Origin: the human T2T-CHM13v2.0 reference genome, Homo sapiens | Reading direction: 5' to 3' (one strand) | NCBI RefSeq assembly: GCF_009914755.1 | Contig: NC_060927.1 | DNA length: 64,000 nucleotides | Shown here: positions 42,494 to 56,169 of the stretch, one piece after another | Layout: each line of letters begins with the position of its first letter | How positions within the stretch are numbered: position 1 is the stretch's first letter | Made by a program: the position numbers and the translations under genes | The notes under the pieces: model-generated | What the model was told of the DNA's origin: nothing | The model's database searches: none | The model's input: only the letters and a program-made list of their open reading frames with translations

Positions 42494-43123
42494 AGAATAC
42501 ATATAGCCAACAGTGTGGTCCAGAATCCAGACCAACCTCCATAAAATATTAACTGTCACACAGAAAAATCGTCCCTACCTCTGTGGTTGGAGTGTTGGAA
42601 TGATATAACAAGAACATGACAAATGTCATGTAACAAAAACATGTCATATAACAAATGTCATATAACAAAAACATGACAAATGTCATCCCTACCTCTGTGG
42701 TTGGAGTGATATAGCAAAAAACATGACAAATTACAGAAGAGTCAAGCTACAGGTTTTTTATTATGGAAAACTAAGTTTGCGTTGAAGTAAAAGAGACAGG
42801 AATCAATGATTCACTGGTGGAATATGGAAAAAAAATGAGGCTGGGAAGAAGCCAGAATGAGATTTTTATACAATGCAACAAACATGCCATTTAAAAAAAA
42901 AAAAAAAAACTTTTATTGGTGCTTTTTCTTCATTATAAAAGTATATAAACTCTATGGTACACATTTTTAAAATTATATAAGTATGTGTTTATCTTAAAAA
43001 GTATAGATAAGTGACCAAATAAAAATTCAACCATCCTCTATTAAAGAAATACTACTGGCAATATTACAAGTATATCATTCTATATATTATATAATGCGTA
43101 GGTAAACAGATGATTTTGTTTCA

Positions 43124-43435
<312 letters not shown>

Positions 43436-44509
43436 TTAAATTTTATATCACATTGTGCACATTTATATATCACACTTTGCATCTCATTTCACCCTCTGCT
43501 TCTTACAACAGTATGCTGAGGCCTGAGAAGATACCTGTTTTCTGAAGTCATTACCTACCTTTATGTTTCAACCACTCAGAGTGTGAGCTCTGTGACTGTG
43601 CTATGACAGACAAAGTTACCTGCATTTCTCTTTTGGGGCCCTCTTTAATCTGACTATTCCAGCTGACAAACAAGTGACCAATCATAGCACATTTTATTTC
43701 CCATATCGTAGTTAAAATAATCAATCTGGAAAATAAATTACACTGTGTAATGCAACTATACTCATCATGGTAAGTTGTTTAATTGTTTACGATCCACTAC
43801 AGTACTGGATTTAAACTTTGTGGATATGGCACTCTATTCCTGCCTTAATAAATATTTTTAAAGTTATATCTATATGGAAGGGGCATTTTTCCTAAAAAAT
43901 TAGGAAAGACATTTATCTCTCTTGAGAGAAAATTTCAAAACTAACCAATCTGCAGTTATCTAAAAATGAAACAGGATCATCATTTCTCCAGGCATGTGTG
44001 GTTTGTTCCCATGTTATACACACAAGAAAAAGAACAGCATCTGCTTAAGGGAAAGCCCTGATGGTAGGAATGAAAGACAGCATGGCCAGATTTAATGTTA
44101 AAGCAAAACTAAAACCTCCAGGATGGTACTTAAGTGAGTGTGATGGGAACGTATTGTTTCCTTATAATGATTTTAAATGGAAATTACAATTCAATCACAA
44201 ATAAAAGTAAATTGTAGACAGTGAGGGGAACAAATCTGTTTCACTCGGATTCACGGTGATTATCAAATTAGCAGCTACTCATTCACCACTAACCATTTTC
44301 ACTCTTCTCAGTCTCCCTAACAGCCCTGAACTACAGCTTCATGGTGATTGCAATGGTGGCAGCTCATCAAGACTGTATTTTAGCTGTGCTTTTATCTTCC
44401 ATGTTTTTCTTGCTCATTGTTTAGCAAGGTAGAGGGGGGAAAAAAGCACTGCCCCTGTTTTAAAGGAGTACCTGCGCCTGTTTTAAAGGTTGTACAGCAC
44501 CAGGTGAAG

Positions 44510-44860
44510 GACTAATATCTGGCTCCAGGCTGCCCTCCTGACCTGTCTCTAGTACTTCCCCTTCACCAGCCCCACTCTAGCCACACTGGTCTCCTCGCTG
44601 TTCCTCCACACACCAAGCACGCTCCTGCCTCAGGGACTTTGCATCTGCTATTACCTCTGCGGGAACCCCCTTCCCACCCACATCCACGATATTTACTGCT
44701 CCTCTTCACTATGGTCTGAGTCCAAATGTCCCTTCGCAGAGAGTGTAGCCTTCCTTAACAGGCGCTTTCTAAAACAGCACCACCTGTCACTCTCCACCCC
44801 CTCACTCTGCTTTGTTTCTTCCTAAAACATTTATTTGTCCCCATACCTGACGTGATATTT
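44510..44860 (+). mobile_element. L2 LINE 3' fragment
   Basis: 'ctagccacactggtctcctcgctgttcctccacacaccaagcacgctcctgcctcagggactttgca'. Confidence 0.8.
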
Positions 44861-45619
44861 ATACCTAAAGGGGCATCTCTATTTTCTAATTTGTATTGAT
44901 ACATAATAGCTGTACCTTTTCATGGTACATGTGGTAACTTTATAGTCATATAATCACATCAGGGGAATTGGGATATCCATCACCTTAAGTATTTACCTTG
45001 TCTTGATGCTAGGCTATGTGTTTCTTTATTGAAAGAATCCAGTATCAGCCAGGAGATTCTGACAAAGGAGGTCCAGGGTAGATCTGGCCGTACATATGTT
45101 GAAAAGGTCACCAGGAAATACTGACGCACACCCTGGTTAAGAATCACTGGCTTAATGGCTATTACAGCTTCTGGGGTCATGAGGTCTTGATTAAAATTTC
45201 AGCTGGACGGGCATGGGATGGTACAGGTCTAGGCCCAGTCAGTGGCATGGTAGCAATAATACCCATCTCCCACAGCTGTGCTGAAAATAACAGGAGATAA
45301 TGGATTTGAGCAACCTCCTGAACTGGAAAGTGCTATATAAACACTTATTATTAGTGCCCCATTTCTTTTCTGAAAGTGAATTCCTTATATTTTGAAGAAA
45401 GAAAAATTTTAAAACAGTAATAAAATATATTTTTATTTAGAACCCCAGACAATATTTCTGAATCAGATTGATCAAATCAGTTGCTTTCCTGTTAACTCAA
45501 AATTGTATGTCCATTTTTATCTCTAAAGGCAGTGCAAAGGGAAACAAATAGAACTTAGCCAATACTTGTAGCCGATCTAAATAATTCCAAATTCTGAAAT
45601 TCGAAATATTAATAATAGC

Positions 45620-45980
45620 TAGCTGCGATTTGGCCTGCATCGCCCCGGCGCTGCTCTATGGGCGACGGGGCAGCCTCCCGGGCTGCGAGTTTCCTGAACG
45701 TCACCCGTGGGCCCGCTGCTCCATAAGGTGGGAAGTGGCAGCTCTGCCCGCGGCGCATGCCCAGGAGCGCAGACAGGTGGAGGCGGGAAAAGTGCTGCCT
45801 GGAAAGACTAGGACACAGCACTTCAGAAAGCAGCAAGCAGAAATAGGGCGTTTTGTAAACACTGGCTCTAATCACAGGAGAGTCCAATGTGATCTCCGAA
45901 GGGGCGGGGTCCTGTGTCATAAAAAGCAATCGGTGAATTGAGGAGGCTTCTCCTCTGGCCGCTGGCCTGCGTCGTTGAAG
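45620..45980. promoter_or_regulatory. Small CpG-rich promoter-like island
   Basis: Largest cluster of retained CpGs outside Alus; NRF1-like GCGCATGCCC 45753-45762, E2F GGCGGGAAA 45782-45790, CCAAT 45884-45888, GC box GGGGCGGGG 45901-45909, CATAAAA 45918-45924, CRE half-site CGTCA 45699-45703. Confidence 0.7.
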
Positions 45981-46185
45981 GAGTGGCATGTCACCTTCTG
46001 TGATAGAAATTAGTCCTCCAGAGAACTGATCTATGGTCGCCTTTTATGACAGATATCACCAGGAAAGGACTTAAGAACACAGAAGTGGGGATATTTTGTT
46101 ATTCATGTTTATAGAACCAAGGTAATAAAGGTATATTTTATAGATGTGCTTCTTATGTCACTAGCCAGGTTTCATTGGATCAAGG

Positions 46186-46200
46186 GTGACACCTAGTGGG
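46186..46200 (-). promoter_or_regulatory. Candidate CTCF binding site next to the CpG island
   Basis: Minus strand CCCACTAGGTGTCAC, one mismatch from CCACTAGGTGGCAC. Confidence 0.4.
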
Positions 46201-46441
46201 GAGACTGTGCTAAACTCTTATTTTCTGTCAAAAAATTCAAATTAGTTTGTAAAATTATCCCACATATAACCAAGGTATCATAAAACCAATGTCTTTTACA
46301 ATTGCACCCAAAATCCTGTGACTTCAATCTCCATAGGAACAACAGAAAAAGGGGACTGACACACTGAAACTAGATTTAAACAAGCCAGAAAAATATATAC
46401 GCCTATGAAGAAACAGAGAAGGAAAGGAAACAGAGTTAAAC

Positions 46442-46670
46442 TGAAACCCTGTCTCTACTAAAAATACAAAAATTAGCCAGGCGTTGTGGCTTGCACCTGT
46501 AATCTCAGCTACTCAGGAGGCTGAGGAAGGAGGATCTCTTGAATCTGGGAGGCCGAGGTTGCCGTGAGCCAAGATCTTGCCACTGCACTCCAGTCTGGGT
46601 GACAGAGTGAGACTCAGTCTCAAAAAAAAAAAGAAAAGAAAAAAGAAAGAAAAGAAAAGAAAAAAGAGAG
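46442..46670 (+). mobile_element. 5'-truncated Alu with (GAAAA)n tail
   Basis: Begins 'tgaaaccctgtctctactaaaaatacaaaaattagcc'; right arm intact. Confidence 0.93.
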
Positions 46671-47123
46671 AAAACTAAGCTTTGTCCCAACCTTCCTCAA
46701 CATGGTGAAAATTTTCCATCAGAGGGAGAGAGGACAATTAGGATTTGACTAGGAATCTGTGGCAAGGACTTTTTAACTGAAAGCAGGTGAAAAACAGTGG
46801 CTAGTGCTGCCGGAAGCCCTGCTGAGCAGCCTGGCCTGGGGCAGTTGTCCCCTTTGCCTTGTGGGATCCCTGGATCCCACAACCCTTGCCCTGCAATTCT
46901 GAAGTTCTGCAATTCACATGCCATGTTACACCAACCAGGACTATCTGGGGGCCACCTTGGGCTTCACACCCCAGATGCTATCACCATTTTTTTCTGACTC
47001 TCAAATCAGGGCATATAACCTAACACCTACCAAGTCAGACTATAAAACAGTCATTGAACTAAGTAAGGCCTGCCTCCAAAAATTTAAGATATTAACCTGT
47101 AACTATATAGATCTGTACTTGAG

Positions 47124-47424
47124 TTTTTTTTTTTTTTTTTTTTAGAGGATTCCCACTCTGTCGCCCAGGCTAGAGTGCAGTGGCGTGATCTCAGCTCACT
47201 GCAACCTCCGCCTCACAGGTTCAAGCAATTCCCTGTCTCAGCCTCCCGAGTAGCTGGGACTACAGGCACCCACCAGCACACCTGGCTAATTTTTGTATTT
47301 TTGTAGAAATGGTGTTTCACCATATTGGTCCAGCTGGCCTCAAACTCCTGACCTCAGGTGATCCACCCGCCCTGGCCTCCCAAAGTGCTGAGATTACAGG
47401 CATGAACCACTGGGGCACCCAGCC
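47124..47424 (-). mobile_element. Alu SINE (AluSx-like)
   Basis: Poly(T), then 'cactctgtcgcccaggctagagtgcagtgg'...'gacctcaggtgatccacc'. Confidence 0.96.
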
Positions 47425-48522
47425 TATATTTGACCTTTTTGCTTTCCATCAAGAACTTATTCTGCTTTCTAATTCCCTCTGGGATAATATTTTGCTTTTT
47501 TTTCCCCCCTCAGGAATAACCATTTGCTGTCATTCAGGAAAAGGATTTTATCAGGTGCTAACAGTTTCCTATTTCTCTTTTATCCATGATTTCAGCTTTC
47601 TGGTTTCTCACCTCCTTCTCACCCACTCCCCTCTAAGTCTCTAAGTCACCTTCTCACAGGATTCTTGAGGCCCCAACACAGGGTTTCCATCTCAGAGTCC
47701 TCCCATACAGGGCCTTTCTTCCAGCTGTCTCACAATGATTCCTCTGAAACTCACCGAGTAAACATTAATTTGCCATGAAACAGCTCCCACTCGAGCATCT
47801 TCCATTCCACTAGAAGCGTGCACTTTATGACTCCCATGCCTGGTCTGCATCACGCTGTTGGTTTGCTCTGGCAGCCCTGTTGAGCCTAATGGTATAATTC
47901 ATTCCCGTTTGTTTTATTGGTTAAATCAAATTAAAATGTGTATTTGGCCGGGATATAGTGTGCTCACTTGTGTGTATTTTAATTTACACACATGAACCCA
48001 GTTTTGAGACCCAGAGGCCCAGTTTAAAAATTAGAAGTTTTCAAAGCCATACTGCAACAATCAACAACAGTTAAAAGACTTCACAGACAGCAAATATTTA
48101 AAATAAGTTTAATTACCAAGAACTACTGGTCTTCGAGCCCAAGGAAGTATGACTCCCATCTGCAAGGTTCCCACACCTGATTGCAACAGAGTGACCGGAT
48201 ATCTTTCATAGATCTCCTGAGCTGAAGTCTCTAGGCAGGAACCTAGAATCTCTATTTTCCACAAGCTCTCAGCCAGCCCCACATATTTTTCAGTCCAGTG
48301 TTTGAAAGCACTGCTCTGAATTGCACCTCTTTCTCATCTCAGAATTGCTCTGAATTTCTCACCTCTTTCAGAAAGATTTGATAAAACAACTTCTACCAGT
48401 GTTTACCAGCCTAAAGTCTTGCATACCGTCTTGATTCTTGTCATATCTGTGTACCACCTCTACTGTAATTTACCTAATATGTGTATGCCAGTTGGCTTAT
48501 ATTTTTGCATAAATGAACTTAG

Positions 48523-48893
<371 letters not shown>

Positions 48894-49709
48894 ATATTTT
48901 TCTAACATACAATACAATAAAATGTACAAGTAAAAATTGCTTTCAAATGTTCTTCCCTGTAACAGTAAACATAGTTTTTACATCAATGGGGTAGCCTTAC
49001 AATATCTGAGAAAACACTAATAAAAGGGAATAATCTGATCCCACCTTTCCTCCAAAGATGGCTCTAAGGAAAAATGTAAATAGGGAAGTTTTGTATTGAG
49101 GGCCTCATTCCTCATCCATGTTCTCCTTCCTTTAAACAGTAATCACATAAATCACTGGGGGTGGGGCCTGGGTATCGAGTAATTCTAATATGAGCTAGGG
49201 GTAAAAGCCATTATGTCATTTCCCTTTCAAAAGACATTTCTCCTCAACAATGAACCTCATTCCTCCTACCACTTCCATAGGGCCAGCCTTTATGCACTGA
49301 GAGAAAGCCAATTTTCAGGCTGTCCTAAATTCATACTACATCAATATGTCTATACATCCACTACTGACAGGCTTGTTTTACTTATTTCATTCTTCCTTTC
49401 TTCTTATTCTGTTTCGTTATTTTATTAGCTAAAATAAATGACTTTTCTGATTTTGGAAGCAAATGTTCAACGAAAGAAAATTTAGAAAGTAAAAATAAGT
49501 AACAAAAGTAAACACTTTAAAGGCCCATAATACCACTTTTAACACTGCAGGACATATATCAAAACCCTTTCTAGAATATGAGTCAGAGTGTTATTTAGAA
49601 AATGGTATGTGCTGAATGCACCACTGTAAAAGAAGGAGAGATGCTTTTTCCTCCCTCACTCCCAAGCAAATTTCGTGTTCTAAGTCTGAGCTTCCTAGCC
49701 TCAGCCACT

Positions 49710-50588
49710 TGTTAATAAGTATAGTTGCAGAGCTACAAACCAGAAGCCAGGAGGTGCTAGAAAGCTAACACTCTATCCACCCAGAAAGAGACTAGTCCTG
49801 AGAGTGGAGGCCTAAGCCAGGAGGACAGAAGTTTTGCCAAGGAGGAGACCAGTGGCATTGGGTTCAAGAAATGGTGAAGATCTATGCCCCACTCCCAAAC
49901 AGTCCTCAAGCAGTGACCTGGACTGAACCCCAGGTTTTTGGCCTTGGCACACAACAAAAAATTCCCGTGCCCAGCTTGGTAGAGGAAAGGAAGCTGCCCT
50001 CTTAAAAAGGGCAATGAACATCCTAAAATCCTCAACAGCTTTATAAATCAAGAAGAGCCTCCTAAAACTCAACTGAGATGGAATGTCCTGCTAGTTGTGG
50101 TCGGTGGGAGGGGACAAATTGATCTAATTTGGAATTGTTAAGGCCCATTGACCTAAACCACCAGATTTCTGGAGCCTCTTGATAAGAGGGAGTTGAGAGG
50201 GCTTCTTATAAGATCTGGGAATTTAATGGATAAATTTAAGGAGAAATTAGGAAAGTAGGGATCAAATCTGGATGAGATTCTGTCAAAATGAAGGTACAAT
50301 TTTTATCTTAGCAAGGAAAAAATTTTTATCTTAGCAAGGAAAAAATCTAAAGTGGGTAAGAGTTGTCATTCATTTAAAAAGAAAGAAAATAGCAGTCACT
50401 TCTGTTAAAAGAAGAATGTATCTAGTCATTTTTATGGTTATAGAGTGGCCTCATCTTTATCTTGTTCCAAACATAGTCACAGAGTGGCCTTGTCTGAACA
50501 TTGTTTATATTCTGTAAGCATTGTTAGTGTTCACTTGGGAACGTCATGATCCAGCAGCCAGCAGCACAAATTTTTACTTTCCTAAACA
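49710..50588. mobile_element. Probable ancient ERV LTR (family uncertain)
   Basis: Possible TG..CA termini (tgtt.../...aaca) and 'agtcacagagtggccttgtctgaacattgtttat' typical of old ERV LTRs. Confidence 0.4.
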
Positions 50589-50838
50589 AATAAAGGAATG
50601 TATCACCACTCAGACCAAACTAATATTTACTTTATATATATACACACACATACAAATAAAATATTATGCTATACATACTATTGGATAATATGCTTTATAT
50701 AATGACATAGCATCAGTAGCTTTCCATGACAGTGTTCATCAGCATCACTTTAAATGTAGGAATGGAGCTCCATCATGCAGATGAGCCAAAACGTGTTTCA
50801 TTAATCCCCCATTGCTCAACATTTAACATGTTTTCCTT

Positions 50839-50843
50839 TGTGT

Positions 50844-50876
<33 letters not shown>
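50839..50876. repeat. (TG)n microsatellite
   Basis: ~19 TG units, one interruption, abutting an LTR end. Confidence 0.95.
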
Positions 50877-50879
<3 letters not shown>

Positions 50880-51264
50880 TAGTTTGCTAAGGCTGCTGTA
50901 ACAAAATACCACAGACTGCATGGCTTAAATAAGAGAAATTTCTTTTCTCACAATTCTAGAGGCCAGAAGTCCCAAATCAAAATGTCAGCAGGATTGATTT
51001 CATTCTGAGGCCTCTCTCCTTGACTTGTAGATGGCTTTCTTCCTCCAGTGTCTTCACATGGTCTTTCTTCTGCGTATGTCTATGTCCTAATTGCCTCTTC
51101 TTATAAGGTTACCTGTCATACTGAATTAGGACCCACCCATTGGACTTCATTTTACCTCAATTTCCTCTTTAGAAGTCCTATCTCCAAATACAGTCACATT
51201 CTCCACTACTGGGAGTCAGGACTTCAATATATGAATTTCGGGAGACCCAGTTCAGCCCATAACA
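50874..51264 (-). mobile_element. MaLR LTR (MLT1A/B-like) within a minus-strand L1ME fragment
   Basis: 'tgtattagtttgctaaggctgctgtaacaaaataccacagact'...'ctatctccaaatacagtcacattct'...'ttcagcccataaca'. Confidence 0.9.
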
Positions 51265-51804
51265 ATGTGAACATCTCTGTATCTATGATTTTGTGTACAT
51301 CCATAGTTATTTCCTTAGGATAAATTTCTAGAGGTGAGATTGATAGGTCAAAGTGAGACCACAGTTTGAAGGCTTTTGGTAATAACATCAAATTGCCCTG
51401 GAAAAGTTGGCACGATCTATGCCCTCACCAAGCAGTACAGGAAAGTAACTTTAGCCCTGTTTCCTTCATTGTGCTTTGTAGTTTTGTGATCTCTTTTTAT
51501 TGGTTTCATATTTGGCAGATTTGCCTATCTCCACATGAGTTCAGATAGCCCAACATGTTAGTGAGACCAAGACTGTAAGTTTAATAGCTTCAGTAGGAGT
51601 TTTTATCAGTAGTTATATAAACAAAGAGAATATCCTATACATAGTAAATCAGGACTGTCATTTCTATACACAAAGGACAGCAAAGTTAGATTTTTTATTG
51701 ATAGAAATAGTGCCTTGATTTTTATATCAAGCATTTAATACTCTATTTTATACTCTACGACATCTCAATAAATGTTTGTTGATTATCTTTTAAATACCAA
51801 CTAA

Positions 51805-52125
51805 TTCAATTAGAAATCTTCTGGTTTCAAGTGACAGAAAACCCAACTCTAAATGGCTTAAGCAAAAAAAAAAAAAAAAAAAGGAATTCATTGATTCATA
51901 TTGATTCATGTAACTGAAAACCCTGTGAGACAGGGTAGCCACAGGTGAGGCTTCATTCTGAAATTAAAGGCTGCCACCACCAGGGCCCACCTCTGTTTGG
52001 CTGCCTTTGGACTAGCTCAATGCCTAAGCTCTCTGTGATGGCCTCTGGCAATGCCAAGCTGAGTCACAAAAATGGCTGCAGGAGAATCAGAAGAAAGTCA
52101 CTATAGACACTAGGCAGAAAAGCAA
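51805..52125 (-). mobile_element. Old MaLR LTR fragment (MLT1K/L-like)
   Basis: 'caagtgacagaaaacccaactctaaatggcttaagcaaaa...gattcatgtaactgaaaa'. Confidence 0.6.
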
Positions 52126-55100
52126 CAAATACCACTATTCTGGCTCCCATATAGTTCTAGAGCTAGCAGGAAGTTTAGAAATCATTTAGTCTAATAATTT
52201 TTAAAAGTTTTTTTGTTATGTTTTGTTTTGCTGGTAACCCTTTCTTCAGACAAGAGCTTATGATGAAGTCAAATATATAAAATAGAATTAAAAACTGAAA
52301 GGGTAAGTTGAAACAGAGGTGAGGATCCCTTGCCCCCTCGCTGCTCATTCTCCATGAGGCACCTCCAAGGAGCACACTATTAATTACTTTAGAGATAGAG
52401 AAACTGAAGCTCAGAACACATACATTGCTCATTCTGGAACATCACCCATGAATGACAGAGCCAATGGAACTCAGGAGCCTTCACCCTGTCCCGTCAGTCT
52501 TGCCGCTTCCCTCACTGGTTGCTCCTCACTGCCATTTTGAGCATTATGTTTAACTGATATCCTTGATCTAGCAACTCTGCTCCTACCAAAAAAAAAAAAA
52601 ACGGAAGCAGAATTGAAAAGCTCAATTGCCTGCCATCTGTGTATATGTACAGCCCTTGTGTCTCCAGCCACAGTTGGTTACTGAGACTAGCTCAGAACTG
52701 AGCAGGCTCAGAGCTACATTAAGCCTCTGTTCCTCCAAGTCCATTTGAGATTTTTAATTTCAAATCAGAAAAACAGTGCCTACATCAGTGTTTCTCAGGG
52801 TGTAATCTAAGAATTTTGTGGATACCTCTCGCTCCAAAGCCCCCTTAGGAATTCTTGAGTTTAGAAGATATTTTTGGACAAGGTATAGTGAACCAAAGCT
52901 GGAACCTAGAAATAGATGTCCTATGAGAAAGAAAGCTTATCAGTTCCAATTTAAAAGTTAGAAGTCCTTTCTTTAGTACATGATTGAGAGTTAAAACCAA
53001 TACTGGAAAAAGAAATGAAAAAAGCGACCAGATTTATGCAGATAAATTTGCATAGGCAGTTAAAAATAAAATAAATATTTTAAATAAAGTAAAATAAGCA
53101 ACACCATATATACCTGATGAGAAGCATCCCCTAAAATATCACTGACATGTTTTATCTGAATTTATAGCCAAGAGATGGACACAGGAAGACTGCTGTAGCT
53201 CACAAATGAATTCTCTCTTTCCTCTCTGCCTCCCATCTCCTTCTCCTACTTTGTATTAAAGCTTTTCTTATGCAAAAGATCCAGGACATAGAAGAAAACA
53301 GAAAATTTCATTAACAAATTTTCTAAAATAAAACAAAATACAACCTTAAAGGCCATTGGGACACTAAGTAACATCCTGAGCTGTATATATGCAAGATTAT
53401 GGGTTAGAGCCCACAGAGAAAAGTCACAAGAGACCAGAATGGAAGAATGATTTCTGGAGAGTCTCATGAAATATAACTCTCCCTTTATATGGAGGAAAAT
53501 TGTTTCTATTGAATCTATGATTTCTAGCAAACCCCACACAGAATTGTGCATTGGTATTCCACAATTAAAACCAATTTTAATTACTTGAAGCTAGATATAT
53601 AGAGCCTCTCAAAATGTTCCTTGTAAAAGAAAATTTTTCCCTTGACATAGAAAAAAAAATGGAGAAAACTGACATATTTTCATGTCCCTTTTAGATCTAA
53701 AATTATTTTTGGGGTTTAGTAGAAGAAATATATTAAACCCATCACGATTTGCTCATCATAGAGCCCTGGATCTAGTACATAAAGAGATGTGACTGTTACA
53801 GGAACAATTCGAGTTGAGGAGGCATTGATTTTTCTCACATTTGGGCTTGAATAACCAAAGAAATTCCTTCATGTCCCCCTATAACCACCTGTTCACATCT
53901 CAGTTATTTGTCAGCTGATGTTGTAATTTTCTGTTACTCATCTATATTTCCCACGACATTCTTAGCAAAGGCAAGGGCTGTATCTCATTTATGATCTTGG
54001 AGGGCCTAGGAGAATGCTTGGCCCTCAAATATTCAATAAATTGAGTAGGCACTTAATAAATGGCATAGAAACAGAAGCATAAAAGTGACCAGACGAACCC
54101 ATTGCAACACCCGTTCCAAGCTCTGAAATGCTACTATTTTTACCTGTTTTTCTGGATTCGCAAAAGGCTAAGTGTAAATCCCAAAGAAAGTCTGGGTCCG
54201 AAATTTCAGAAAATATGGCCAAGTAAGAATTAGAACTGTGGAAGGGGTTCTAGAAACACTGGGTGAAATGAATGTATCCTCAATGGTATTTTTTTGCTTT
54301 TTTTCTTTGCTAGTTTATTTCATCAAAAAGATCGGAAGCCTAAAAACAGCATTGTTAGGGAACTGGCAGCTCAAGACAAAGAAGCCGAACCAGAAGAGGG
54401 CACTCTTACCACAGAGATTTACAGCTAATGGTTTTTTTTTTTTTTTTTTTTTTAATGTTTGCCCCTCAGCAGGGCCAACAGAGAAAGCAGGACATTCTTT
54501 CCTAAGGAGCTCATAACTCTCCCAGCCAAGCAAGAAGGAAAAGGCAAAACACCAAGGGTGAAAACTTAGCAGAGAATGCCAAAGGCAATGACCGTGCTCT
54601 CTGACCATCACACGCTGGAGGCAGAGCTTTATATGGTTCTCAAAGGATTGTTTACCTCCTCCTCACTAAACCTTAAAAAAAAATGTATTCCAAAAACGAA
54701 TTACACCAAGCCAACCCACATTACTCAGTCTACGAAGCCAACCCACATTCTGGCCTGTACTGCCTTTCAACTCTTCCTATTTCCACTTGCTGGAATAAAT
54801 CATTTCACTCTAGGGCCAAAACAGGTTTGATTTCATCTGTCAGAGGCCTGTAACATTAAGCGGCAGTGTGGTGCTTGTTAGAGGAGGAGCACTTGTATTC
54901 TCCCGGATCCCCTGTGGAACCGCCTGGGCTTCTGAGCTAGGGAAGCAGATAAACCCTGTCCCTGCCTTCACCCTTCTTTGGGGACAGTTATAGGCTGACG
55001 GTCTGAACTTTGGGAGAGACAGGACTTCGGTTATCCCTCTCCACTGAGGGCTGCCACCGCACACAATTGATCCAGAGATTGGGAGATGGGTAATCCATCT

Positions 55101-55214
55101 CATCCTGTCCCTAAAGCCCTGTCTTCCGCAGTCAGCTCTGTTTGAGGACTTCATTTGTGTACTGGTCCAAAATGTGCCCTTCTCCTAGCCTGTGTATGAC
55201 TAGGAGACTACTTC

Positions 55215-56130
55215 AACTTCCTTGCCCACAATTCTTCTCATTGCTTACTCTAGCCAGACCGGCCTCTATGTTGTTCTTTGAACACAATTGTGTTCTTGCC
55301 TCAGGGCCTTTGCACTTTGATTGTCCCTCTATCTAGAATTATATTCTCTCAGATACCACATGGTTCACCCTCTCGCTTTCATTCAGGGTTATGCCCGAAT
55401 GTCATGCCTTCCCTGAGCACGCACATCTACACTAGCACCCACAGTATTACACTCTATCCCGACACTGCTCTATTTTCTTCATAGCACTCCTCACTGCCTA
55501 ACGTTGTTATAAATCTAATCATCTATTTCTGTCAACTCCGCAAAGGCAGAGACTGACTTCTATTTGTCCACAATTGGATCTGCCGTGCCTCGACACAACG
55601 GATGTTCTCAGTAAACAGATAATTAATCAATTAAAATATATCTTTCAGCCCCTGGGTTCCCTCTTCCAGCTTCTCAGGTACTCCTCATTCACTCCAGAAT
55701 TAAACTAAATCCTATGGCGTGGCATTCAGGGCTCTGATCAGACCCTGTCCTCCCTTTCTGGCCCTGTCTCCGATTGCACACCCTCCACCTGCAACGTACC
55801 CTGGAACTCCAGTCAAACCTGGATTACCATCCACTTTCATGCCTGGATGCCTTTGCTCCTGCCCTTCATTCCCTCACCACTTGCTGAAATCCTCCTAATC
55901 TCTGAACACCCATCTGACACGCTCACTCCTCACAATGAAGAGGCATTGTCCCTCCCATCCCAGCCACAGACAGTTCTTCTGTCCTCCAATGCCAGTTTGT
56001 ACATCACTTGTATGATGCCCTCTGTTACAAATTATTTCTCTCTCTAACTTTCTCTGCCAGTAGACAAAGTAGAGGAACAGGATAATTCGCTCTTTTAACT
56101 TCCACACATAGAGCAGGGGCCTCGACACAG
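55215..56130 (+). mobile_element. L2 LINE fragments (two adjacent 3' pieces)
   Basis: 'ctctagccagaccggcctct...tcttgcctcagggcctttgcactttg', 'tcttcatagcact', 'ccagaattaaactaaatcctatggcgtggcattcagggct'. Confidence 0.7.
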
Positions 56131-56169
56131 ATAACCTCAGAAGCTAGGCACAAAGTAAGTGAGGTGCAT

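Noticed and set aside
42572-42708. CRISPR-like repeat-spacer-repeat
   Set aside because: Only two repeats, the spacer derives from local sequence, the context is eukaryotic and there are no cas genes
45609-45989. 126-aa (-) and 103-aa (+) ORFs over the CpG island
   Set aside because: Open frames are expected in GC-rich DNA; neither resembles a protein I recognise
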